Of a DNA stretch of 64,000 nucleotides, positions 12,494-23,573 are shown in pieces. Positions within the stretch are counted from its first letter, which is position 1. Each line of letters opens with the position of its first letter. Below the pieces are notes generated by a model, which saw only the letters and a list, made by a program, of their open reading frames with translations, was not told where the DNA came from and made no database searches. The translations under genes and the position numbers were made by a program. The DNA comes from Ranitomeya imitator (lineage: Eukaryota): assembly GCF_032444005.1 (NCBI RefSeq), contig NC_091288.1, positions 217,186,001 to 217,250,000 of the forward strand, in the 5' to 3' direction.

Positions 12494-14226
12494 GCCCGAG
12501 CCAAGCGTAATGACCGGCAATGTCAACTCCGGATCCGATACTGGAGGCTTTCTGAGGAACCGAGACACGGCTCCTGCTGCCTGGTAGTACCAAGAGAGAC
12601 GACACATTACATATGTGCCATAAACCATTATACATTTAAGATATTAATCTATCAATCTCTTCTGTATCAGGTATCTCCCTCATATCTCTCACAAACTGGT
12701 ATCTATTCCTTATTGATCTCACATCCATTTCTCTCATCGTTAGAGTTTTATTTCTATATGAAATCTGTTTTTCGCTCATCTCTAACAATGTCACATCTCA
12801 TAAGATCTCACATTTGTCATATATTTCTATCTACATGAGAATATATCACTCCTATCCATCTCTGAAGATCTCACATCTATCTGATATCTATTTCACATTG
12901 ATCTCACATCTATTGTATGATCGGACACCCACCTTTTTGTAGAAGCGAGACACCTCTTCCCGATAAATGGAAAAAACAAAAATGGGCCAACAAAAAGAAA
13001 TCAGAAACTATAATCTCTGATTCCGAAGGAACAATGGACTAAAACCAGATAGAGGAGGAACCGGGTTTCAAGTCAAGGATTGAAGAAGGGTCACTACTAA
13101 TTAGAAGATGAACCAACAAGATAACAAAATATAGGTATTAAAAGAAGAGCAGGACGTGAACTGCGAAGGATGACGCCGAAAACAAACATAAAATATAGCC
13201 GACGCAATTAAATAAGAAGCCGAGACGATGATAGATTGTGCGTGACTGATGCCAGAGGTGGAATGTGCGGGTATCAGAGATCATCCAAGAGAGTATAATA
13301 CAGATTATGTCACATGGCTCCTCAGAACATCTGTTTTATTAATAGTCTGCCCTCCTCCCTCAGACATCTGGTCTATCAATTCTGGATGCAGAAGATCCGA
13401 CTGGGTCTCCGGTATCAATCCATATCAGCCGGTGATTATAAGACTTCACGTAAATGTCTCCAACCACATCAGATCACGTTCTGGTCCTGATTCCTATGAT
13501 TACCTGAAGGTAAATCGTCCTGAAGTACAGAAATCATCCATCAGATTGCAGGACTGGTGAATACAATTAGCGTCTCTCCTAGTCTCATGTCGCAAACAGG
13601 GAAAAATAGATTGTACCCAACTTCGCCAAAAATGGAGAGAATGCAGCTGTTCTGTACTTTTCGCTATCCCACAGAAACCCTGAATGATAAGTATTTTGCA
13701 ACATCCATATAGAGCAATGGCTTCAGTTTTCTCTGCAGTTCTGACTTCAGATCCAACCTATGAAGCTTACACGGTCACACCAAAAACAGAATCAGAGCAC
13801 CAACATGGACAAGAGCCAATGTGAGCGATGACGATCCCGGTACAACGCTGCATAATATGTTGGTGAAATAAATATGTGAACAGACTGGATGCAAACTAAT
13901 AGTCCTGGCAATTAGTCTACAATGCCCTACAATCAGGAACAAGATCAGCCAGGGAAAGTCTGTTCTCCAGACGAAGACAATCTGCAAGGTGGCTGCTGCC
14001 TTCTGCTGGATAAAGCTGAGAGATCGGTCTTTGCATCCCAACATACTCGCTCTATTCTAGTGATCCAAAATGCTGCTGTACAAGTGCTCAATACCATTAT
14101 TGTACTTTGTGGAAACTATATCGCTGCACATTTTCCATGGTTCGAAAATAGTTCTCTTCATTGAAAAAAAAAAGTTACAAAGATGTAACAGGGAACCAAT
14201 TCAGGGAGACCGATGAGAAGAAAGTA

Positions 14227-14555
14227 GGAGTAGAGAACGAGACAAGTTTGTGTAGCCCCATGGAGAGCATCTAAGAGGTGAAGGTCAACACTCGAGGCAT
14301 TGTGGATGCTCAGTAGGTCATTTGAAGGAGATTTCGGGAGTAGAGAACGACAAGTTTGTGTAGCCCCATGGAGAGCATCTAAGAGGTGAAGGTCAACACT
14401 CGAGGCATTGTGGATGCTCAGTAGGTCATTTGAAGGAGATTTCGGGAGTAGAGAACGAGACACGTTTGTGTAGCCCCATGGAGAGCATTTAAGAGGTTAA
14501 GGTCAACACTCGAGGCATTGTGGATGCTCAGTAGGTCATTTGAAGGAGATTTCGG
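14227..14555. repeat. Three tandem copies of a ~108-110-bp unit
   Basis: ggagtagagaacga...tttgaaggagatttcg units start at 14227, 14337 and 14445. Confidence 0.9.
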
Positions 14556-15745
14556 ATGTCTATAAAGACAAGGTCATACTTACTTTTGGAACTCCCTCCA
14601 CGTGAATGTACTGAGCGCGGTGCCCCATATGATTCCCCATCTTGATGCCGTCACTCTTCAGCCCATGGGATGTTGGCTTGAGACATGGCGGTCTAGATGC
14701 CAATGATCCAACCTATGAATATGTGCTTGGCTAAGAGTGTGAGAGCAAAAGCTTATGGGTTCCTTGAGGCTATGAAGACACTTATCTTTCACAAGCACGT
14801 GAAGTCTACAAGCAAATTGTCAGAGGTGGTGGAGGATGAAGGAGTGATGAGAAAATAGTGGAAGTGACAGATGGGCAACCAGATCCTAACAGATGACAAG
14901 ATAAAGCCGGCACCTCAACCATAATAAGACGAAAATTCACAGCTTAATATAATAACTCGGTCAACCCGATTATCAGGACGTCGGAGCCTGGACTCACAAC
15001 CTTGCTCTAGTTAATTTATCGCAAATCAGGCGCCTAAATCTCAGGCTTAACAGCCAAACGGCAGAATTTATGCAGTCTCCCTGACCTGTAGTGAGGCGTG
15101 AATGATCTGTGAGACACGATCATTGTAATAAATCCAATATCTAGAGAGATTGCAGAGGATTCGCCACATCGGATTAGTAACAGGAACAACTCAGGTTTAG
15201 TGTTGTGTTCTCATACATTAGTATTACTTATTTTGTATGGATCCCTAATATCCTTTATTATACTTCAGAGCTGCACTCGCTATTCTGCTGGTGAATTCAC
15301 TATTTACTTAGACTGATCTGCCATAACAATAAAACTATTTTCCTAATATTGAGTACTTCCCCTTTGTGCTGCCAAAACACCTGTGTCCCATCAAGACTTG
15401 CACTCCACAAGACCTCTAAAAATGTCTGGTGGTCTCTGTCACCAACACTTTTGCAGCAGATCAGTTATATGGTGCAGCCATGCCGTTGTCCTGGTGCGAG
15501 GATGGCATCGCAGTGCACAGACTGGCCCGGCACCTCTCCTGACCTGAGAGTGATGTATTTCAATGCAGCTGTCATGTTCAGGTCAGGAGAGCCGACAGTC
15601 AGTCCAAGGATTGCGATGCCATCCTCGCAGGAGAAATAAGACCATCTGTCCGCGCCCTAAGAGTTTGTTCCAAGAACATCGTTATCTCTGGCAGTCCCAT
15701 AGAGAATAACTGGAGGAAGGGGGAAGAGTTGGCACGAAGGGTCCC

Positions 15746-16493
15746 TGTTATGGCTGGCAATCAGGCAACACAGCGTGCAGTAATCAGCGCACATACAGAG
15801 ATCTGGCAATAACCAAAAACAATAAGACGAGCTCTGAGACGTGGAATCTCTGTAGACTGCAGTACCTGATCTATCCTCACACAACTATAAGCAGCAGTGG
15901 ATTGCGCCTATCACTACCTATGCAACTCGGCACTGCCTGAGGAGCTGACTAGCCTGAAGATAGAAATACAAGCCTGACTTACCTCAGAGAAATACCCCAA
16001 AGGAATAGGCAGCCCCCCACATATAATGACTGTTAGCAAGATGAAAAGACAAACGTAGGAATGAAATAGATTCAGCAAAGTGAGGCCCGATATTCTAGAC
16101 AGAGCGAGGATAGCAAAGAGAACTATGCAGTCTACAAAAAACCCTAAAACGAAAACCACGCAAAGGGGCAAAAAGACCCACCGTGCCGAACTAACAGCAC
16201 GGCGGTGCACCCCTTTGCTTCTCAGAGCTTCCAGCAAAAGTTAATAGCAAGCTGGACAGAAAAAACAGAAAACAAACTAGAAGCACTTATCTAGCAGAGC
16301 AGCAGGCCCAAGGAAAGATGCAGTAGCTCAGATCCAACACTGGAACATTGACAAGGAGCAAGGAAGACAGACTCAGGTGGAGCTAAATAGCAAGGCAGCC
16401 AACGAGCTCACCAAAACACCTGAGGGAGGAAGCCCAGAGACTGCAATACCACTTGTGACCACAGAAGTGAATTCAGCCACAGAATTCACAACA
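15746..16493. mobile_element. Solo LTR (748 bp) with 6-bp TSD
   Basis: Begins TGTTATG, ends CACAACA; GGTCCC at both 15740-15745 and 16494-16499; no internal coding region. Confidence 0.75.
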
Positions 16494-16529
16494 GGTCCCG
16501 TTCTCAAGACCACTGGGAATCTTACTGAT

Positions 16530-18880
16530 TTAGGCTGGTTTCAAACGTCAGTGGCTCCGGTACGTGAGGTGACAGTTTCTTCACGTACCGGAGCCACTGA
16601 CACACATAGAAACATTGAAATCAATGCATCTGTGCAGATGTCATTGATTTTTTGCGGACCGTGTCTCTGTGTGCCAAACACGGAGACATGTCAGTGTTCG
16701 TGGGAGCGCACGGATTACACGGACCCATTAAAGTCAATGGGTCCGTGTAAAACACGTACTGCACACGGACGTTGTCCGTGTGCAGTCCGTGTGCCGTGCA
16801 GGAGACAGCGCTACAGTAAGCGCTGTCCCCCCCCACTGGTGCTGAAGCCTCCATTCATATCTTCTCTGCAGCGTTTGCTGTAGAGAAGATATGAATATTC
16901 CTTTTTTTTTTTTCTCGTGTTTACAATAAAGATCAATTTTCCCACCCCCTGTGCGCCCGCCCGCTGTTCTTAAAATACTCACCCGGCTCCCTCGCTGGCT
17001 GGCGCTGCTTCTTGTCCTGGCCGCACCTTCTACTGTATGAGCGGTCACGTGGGGCCGCTCATTTACAGTAATGAATATGCGGCTCCACCCCTATGGGAGG
17101 TGGAGCCGCATATTCATGACTGTAATCAGCGCTTGCTGCTGCAGAGAAGATATGAATGGAGGCCTCAGCACCAGATGCAGGGGACAGCGCTAAACTTTAG
17201 CGCTGTCTCCTGCACGGTGCGTGTGGTACCCAGTGGGCACACGGGCGGCTGCCTTATACTACAGGGTCTGCCTATGGGGTGCTGCCTTATACTACAAGGT
17301 CTGCCGATGGTGTGCTGCCTTATACTACAGGGTCTGCCTATGGGGTGCTGCCTTATACTACAGGGTCTGCCTATGGGGTGCTGCCTTATACTACAGGGTC
17401 TGCCTATGGTGTGCTGCCTTATACTACAGGGTCTGCCTATGAGGTGCTGCCTTATACTACAGAGTCTGCCTATGTATGGGTGCTGCCTTGTGCTATAGAG
17501 TCTGCCTATGGGGGGGTGCATTATACAATATTGAGGACTACCTGGTGCATTATACTATATTGAGGACTATCTGGTGCATTATAAATATTGAGAACTATCT
17601 GGTGCATTATACTATATTGAGGACGATCTGGTGCATTATACTATATGGAGGCTATCTAGAGGGCCATCATACAGTGTGGAGATTACAGTGAAAGGGCCAT
17701 CATACAGTGTTGGAGCCATCAAATAGTTTGGAGGCTACTAAGGGGTCAGTATACTGTGTATAAGAGAGCATGATGCTGTGTATAGGGGAGCTGTACAGGG
17801 GGGGAGACTCGGGACATTACTAAATGTAAAGTGGGCGCTTATTGTTATAGGGGAACTCAGGTTACTGTGACTATCAAAGGGGCACACATGACAATATTAC
17901 TTTCTAGGGGGCAAAATATGGGCACTGTTTTCTAGAGCACTTGCACCTGGTATTACTATATTATAGAGGGGTGCCTTAGAATTTAGAGGGCACAGTGAAC
18001 CACACAGCAGGTGCAGGAATGGGGTCACATTCGGCAGCAGCGGCTCAGTATTGGGGTATCAGGGGCACTAATAGGGACACATACAGCAGCAGCGTCTCAG
18101 TATTGGGGTATCAGGGGCAGTAATAGGGTCACATACGGCAGCAGCGGCTCAGTATTGGGGTATCAGGGGCAGTAATAGGGTCACATACGGCAGCAGTGGC
18201 TCAGTATTGAAATATCAGCAGGATGAAGAGGTTGTGCAGGTTGGGAATAGATGAAGTGCCGGGGGCCTGAGCGACGGAGAGGTATGTTTTTTTATTTTTT
18301 TATCGCAGCAACAGCAAATGGGGCAAGTGTCTGTGTGGAGCATCTATGGGGACATACCGTTTGTGCAGCACTATATGGGGAAAGTGTCTGTATGAGGCAG
18401 AGGGCGTGCACTAACTACGTCACCGCGCCCTCTGACCTGAGCGTCACTGCAAAAGACGCTGAAGATGGAGCGACGCCCGGAATGGGGAGCAGGTGAATAT
18501 TGTGCAGCGTTCCCCTCCCCATTATATTCACCTGCTCCTGGCGCGGTGCAGTCCCTGCTTCCCCAGCGCTGCAGCTTCTCCCTGTACTGAGCGGTCACCG
18601 TTACCGCTCATTACAGTAATGAATATGCGGCTCCACCCCTATGGGAGGTGGAGCAGCATATTCATTACTGTAATGAGCAGTACCATGTGAACTCTCAGTA
18701 CAGGAAGAAGCTGCGGCGCCGGGAGAACCAGGGACATGCATGGACCGCGCCAGGAGCAGGTGAATATAATTAGACAGCCCCCCGCTCCCCCTCCCCTGCC
18801 GACCCCTGGGTATGACTCGAGTATAAGCCGAGAGGGGGACTTTCAGCCCAAAAAAATGGGCTGAAAATCTCGGCCTATAC
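16530..18880. mobile_element. Cluster of nested non-autonomous DNA-transposon (MITE-like) remnants
   Basis: Terminal-like hairpin ggctggtttcaaacgtcagtggctccggtacgtg...cacgtaccggagccactgac at about 16533; a 19-bp-stem hairpin atgaatatgcggctccacc/ggtggagccgcatattcat at about 17071-17117, repeated near 18620; Tc1/pogo-MITE-like end ctcgagtataagccgag at about 18816; internal short repeats. Boundaries approximate. Confidence 0.55.
17248..17510. repeat. 33-bp tandem repeat (gctgccttatactacagggtctgcctatggggt)
   Basis: Units at 17248, 17281 and so on; about 8 copies; explains ORFs at 17037-17563. Confidence 0.9.
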
Positions 18881-18914
18881 GGTAATCCAATGAGTTGCCA
18901 CATTGACAAGAGTT

Positions 18915-20645
18915 TTATGTGAAATAATAATTTTCTCCTTCAAACTTTGCTTTGGTCACAGAATGCTCCTTTCCAGCAGTTCCAGCATTGCAGACCTTTG
19001 GCATTCTAGCAGGTAGATTGCTGAGGTAATCTAGAGAAATTTCCCCCCATGCTTCCAGAAGCCCCTCCAGAAGTTGGTTTGGCTTGATGGACACTTTTTG
19101 GTACCATCCGGTCAAGCTGCTCCCACAACAGCTCAATGGTGCTGAGATCTGGTGACTGCGCTGGCCGCTCCATTACAGATAGATACCAGGTGCTGCTTCT
19201 TCCCTAAATAGTTCCGGCATAATTTGGAGGTGTGCTTTGGGTAATTGTCCTGTTGTAGGATGAAATTGGCTCCAACCAAGCGCTGTCAACAGGGTATGGC
19301 ATGGCGTTACAAAATGGAGTGATAGCCTTCCTTATTCAATATCCCTCTTACCTTGTACAAATCTCCCACTTTACCAGCACCAAGGCAACCCCAGACCATC
19401 ACATTACCTCCACCATGCCTGACAGATGGCGTCACACTCTTCCAGCATCTTTTCAGTTGTTCTGCATCTCACAAAGGTTCTTCTGTGTGATCCAAACACC
19501 TCAACCTTGGATTCGTCTGTCCATAACACTTTTTTCCAATCTTCCTCTGTCCAATGTCTGTGTTCTTTTGCCCATATTAAACTTTTCCTTTTATCAGCCG
19601 GTCTCACATATGGATTTTTCTTTGGGACTCTGCCCTGAAGGCCACCATCCCGGAGTCGCCTCTCCACTGCAGACGTTGACACTGGCGTTTTGCGTGTACT
19701 ATTTAGGCCTCTTTCACACTTCCATCTTTTCAGATCCGCCACAATGCATCGTTTTGGGAAAAAAAAGGATCCTGCAAATGTGCCCACAGGATCCGTTTTT
19801 TTTCCCATAGACTTGTATTAGGGACAGATGGCCACACGTCACACGACGGATCCGTCGTGTTTTGGCGGACCGTTGTCTGGAAAAAACGTTCAATGTAACG
19901 TTTTTTTTGTACACGTCGTAAAATCAGTCAGCGGCGCATCCTGCGCTGTCCGTCATCGGCTATAATGAAAGCCTATGGACGCAGGATCCGTCGCTGACCA
20001 TCACACACTAATCCAGTGACGGATCCAGTTTTTCCCATGTGAGCATGCCTGGAAGGATTTTTTTCTCTCTTGCCCCAGACATTTAATTCCCGGAATTTGT
20101 ATACGACGGATCCATCGCACACGTTTTCCCATATTTTCCTGACGTCTGTCGATACGTCATTTTGCTGCATCACGACGGACACCAGAAAATGGAAAGAGGT
20201 GTGAAAGAGGCCATAATGAAGAAGCCAGTTGAGGACCTGTGAGGCGTCGATTTCTCAAACTACAGACTCTAATGTACTTGTCCTGTTGCTCAGTTGTGCA
20301 GTGGGGCCTCACACTTGTTTCTACTCTGGTTAGAGCCTGTTTGTGCTCTCCTCTGAAGGGAGTAGTACACACCGTTGTAGGAAATCTTCAGTTTCTCGCA
20401 TGGAATAAACTTCATTTCTAAGAACAAGAATAGACTGTCCAGTTTCACATGAAAGTTCTTTTTTTCTGGCCATTTTGAGTTTAATGGAATCAACAAATGT
20501 AATGCTCCACATTCTCAGCTAGCTCAAAGGAAGGTCAGGTTTATAGGTTCTCTAATCAGCCAAACTGTTTTCAGCTGTGCTAACATACTTGCACAAGGGT
20601 TTTCAAGGGTATTCTAACCATTCATTAGCCTTCTTACACAGTTAA
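18915..20645 (-). mobile_element. Degenerate Tc1/mariner transposon, interrupted by a MITE
   Basis: Minus strand: MARKKELSCETGQSILVLRNE (N-terminus near 20478), VERRLRDGGLQGRVPKKNP...WKKVLWTDESKVEVFGS, and near 19140-19170 PAQSPDLSTIELLWEQLD (DD34E C-terminal motif); frameshifted. Confidence 0.88.
19706..20212. mobile_element. MITE inserted in the Tc1 transposase gene
   Basis: TIRs ggcctctttcacac / gtgtgaaagaggcc; flanks tta (19703-19705) and ata (20213-20215); Tc1 sequence resumes on both sides; internal acggatcc repeats. Confidence 0.8.
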
Positions 20646-20646
20646 A

Positions 20647-21188
20647 AGAAAAAACAGCAAAAAGAGGCAGAGCTTCTTACCTGCCTAGGCCTCTAAACAA
20701 ATGCACTATCAGGATGCAGTGGACCCATGTGGTTAAGATGGGTTACGAGCGTGCGTATTTTGGCCAAAGTATAAGCTAATACCTCACAAATTTTTTTTTA
20801 TATTTTTTTGTGTTTTTTGCACTTTTTTTCGGGGTGCAGTTGGGCCCATTTTTGTCTTGTAAACTGTGGTGTCTGTTCACATGGGGTGCATTTGGATAGC
20901 GCTGGGCAGGCCCGCCTGATCTAATAGAAGGGTGTCACTACTAAGCTTGCCTGGATGCTGTGCATCTCCATTGTGTGAACAGCGCCACATACAAGTCTTT
21001 TATGTGCAGCATTGTGCCAAGCAGCCACCCCCTCCATTAGTTTGGTAGGTTGAGAGTGGCTGCCTCATCGGTTATGCTGCACCTGTGTAGTCTCCATCTT
21101 AACCACATGGGTCCACTGCATCCTGATAGTGCATTTGTTTAGAGGCCTAGGCAGGTAAGCATCTCTGCCTCTTTTTGCTGTTTTTTCT
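20647..21188. repeat. Foldback element with 95-bp inverted arms and internal hairpins
   Basis: 20647-20741 is the reverse complement of 21094-21188 with about 2 mismatches; internal stems at about 20866-20990 and 21003-21082. Confidence 0.85.
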
Positions 21189-21429
21189 ATTTTTTGGAGG
21201 ATCTCTGAATTCTCTTCTTGTGCTCTTGCTGTTTAGAATTCTTACACAGTTAGCAAACATGAAGTACCAAAAGAATACTGTACATGCTCACTTTCCATCA
21301 TTTACTGGGATTACCAGGATGAACCGCGAAACGGGAATGCCCACACAAGCCGCATTGCATACCAGGGGAACACCCAGAGTAGTCATGAGGCATATCGGAG
21401 AATGCCAGAACCAGCCGTGTCACATACCA

Positions 21430-22915
21430 AGGTGGAACCCCCGGACTGGCCACCCCACATACCAGGAGACCCCCAGGACTGGCCACCCCATAAACCAGGG
21501 GAACCCCTAGAATGGCCGCCCCATATACCAGGGGAAACCCTGGACTGGCTGCCCCATAAACCAGGGGAACCCCTGAACTGGCCACCCCAAATATCAGGTG
21601 AACCCCCTAGAATGGCAGCCCCATATACCATGGGAACCCCCGGACTGGCACACCATATACCAGGGAAACCCCCGGACTGGCCGCCCCACATACCAGGGGA
21701 ACCACCGGACTGACCGCCCCACATACCAGGGGAACCGCCGGACTGGCCGCCCCACATACCAGGGGAACCGCCAGACTGTCCGCCCCACATACCAGGGGAA
21801 CCGCCGGACTGGCCGCCCAATATACCAGGGGTACCCCTGGACTGGCCACCAACATACCAGGGGTACCCCCGGACTGGCCGCCCCATATACCAGGGAAACC
21901 CCCGGACTGGCCGCCCCACATACCAGGGGAACCCCCGGACTGGCCGCCCCACATACCAGGGGAACCGCCGGACTGGCTGCCCAATATACCAGGGGTACCG
22001 CCGGACTGGCCGCCCAATATACCAGGGGAACCGCCGGACTGGCCGCCCAATATACCAGGGGTACCCCCGGACTGGCCGCCCCATATACCAGGGGAACCCC
22101 CGGACTGGCCGCCCAATATACCAGGGGAACCCCCGGACTGGCCGCCCAATATACCAGGGGAACCCGCAGACCAGCCGCCCCATATACCGGGGGAACCCCC
22201 GGACTGGCCGCCCCATATACTAGGGGTACCCCCGGACTGGCTGCCCAATATACCAGGGGTACCGCCGGACTGGCCGCCCAATATACCAGGGGAACCGCCG
22301 GACTGGCCGCCCAATATACCAGGGGTACCCCCGGACTGGCCGCCCCATATACCAGGGGAACCCCCGGACTGGCCGCCCAATATACCAGGGGAACCGCCGG
22401 ACTGACCGCCCCACATACCAGGGGAACCGCCGGACTGGCCGCCCCACATACCAGGGGAACCGCCAGACTGTCCGCCCCACATACCAGGGGAACCGCCGGA
22501 CTGGCCGCCCAATATACCAGGGGTACCCGTGGACTGGCCACCAACATACCAGGGGTACCCCCGGACTGGCCGCCCCATATACCAGGGAAACCCCCGGACT
22601 GGCCGCCCCACATACCAGGGGAACCCCCGGACTGGCCGCCCCACATACCAGGGGAACCGCCGGACTGGCTGCCCAATATACCAGGGGTACCGCCGGACTG
22701 GCCACCCAATATACCAGGGGAACCGCCGGACTGGCCGCCCAATATACCAGGGGTACCCCCGGACTGGCCGCCCCATATACCAGGGGAACCGCCGGACTGG
22801 CCGCCCAATATACCAGGGGAACCCGCAGACCAGCCGCCCCATATACTGGGGGAACCCCCGGACTGGCCGCCCCATATACTAGGGGTACCCCCGGACTGGC
22901 CGCCCCATATACCAC
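21430..22915. repeat. GC-rich 33-bp minisatellite (ataccaggggaaccgccggactggccgccccac)n
   Basis: About 45 units. Unit length is a multiple of 3, which explains the long repetitive ORFs on both strands (21383-22976). Confidence 0.95.
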
Positions 22916-23159
22916 CTTTTATCTGTGCCTGGTAATTACAGAGCTCAGCCAGAGCTGCAGTACCAGCTACAACCATGGAAATCGGGGCGCTGTTAACACC
23001 CTGGACCTTAGCAGACTAATAGTACAAAGCTGAGTCCTGTCCATTACTAACGCACAGTCTGCAGTGAGCGCTACTGATCCTCACAGACACCGAGCGCCGC
23101 GGTATAACGGGGAGAATTCCCCTCAGAGTGCTGAGAAGCCGAGTCTACAGCGCTGATGC

Positions 23160-23230
23160 CTTCCCGCCTTTTCTGAGGCCCAGTCCACGCCCACCTCACG
23201 TCACTTCCGGCTGGTTGCTAGGAGATACAA
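23160..23230 (+). promoter_or_regulatory. Candidate promoter of the WD40 gene: GC boxes, CRE-like TCACGTCA, ETS CACTTCCGG, RFX X-box-like GTTGCTAGGAGAT
   Basis: Clustered motifs in a CpG-rich stretch about 350 bp upstream of the ATG at 23574; X-box-like motif at 23214-23226; acceptor at 23561-23562 implies an upstream non-coding exon. Confidence 0.5.
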
Positions 23231-23573
23231 GGACGCTGAGGAGACGGACGAGACCGAGCGCTGGTGGGGACAAATCGCAGCGGTACCGCGTGTAATGGCC
23301 CCAGAGCGCCCTCATACACACCTGCCACCTCACATACCGCGGCTGCCACCATGTTCTCCTCACTGTACCGCCGCTCATTATAGCACAGGGCGAGCTGCTG
23401 GGAAACATTCACTACTGAGGGCGCAATGTAGACTTCCATTAAGGGGATGGTGAAAAATTATCATGTCATAACGCAGGGTGCAAATGTGGAGTGTGTACAG
23501 GCCCCACTGAGCAGAGAGCAGAGAGCACGTCCATCAGTCTCATTAATATTGGTGTATTCCAGATTACAGAGTC

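Noticed and set aside
14866-14882. ATGGGCAAC (MGN) as a myristoylated CaBP first exon
   Set aside because: It is on the plus strand, opposite to CABP5.
21003-21082. Hammerhead-like CCGATGAG followed by a stem on the minus strand
   Set aside because: The core is CCGAUGA rather than CUGAUGA and there is no GAAA or stem III; it is better explained as a bulged hairpin.
21383-22976. Long Pro/Gly-rich ORFs (up to 460 aa) on both strands
   Set aside because: They arise from a 33-bp unit lacking stops in several frames. The repeat phase shifts between frames at the degenerate edge, and there is no splice or homology support.
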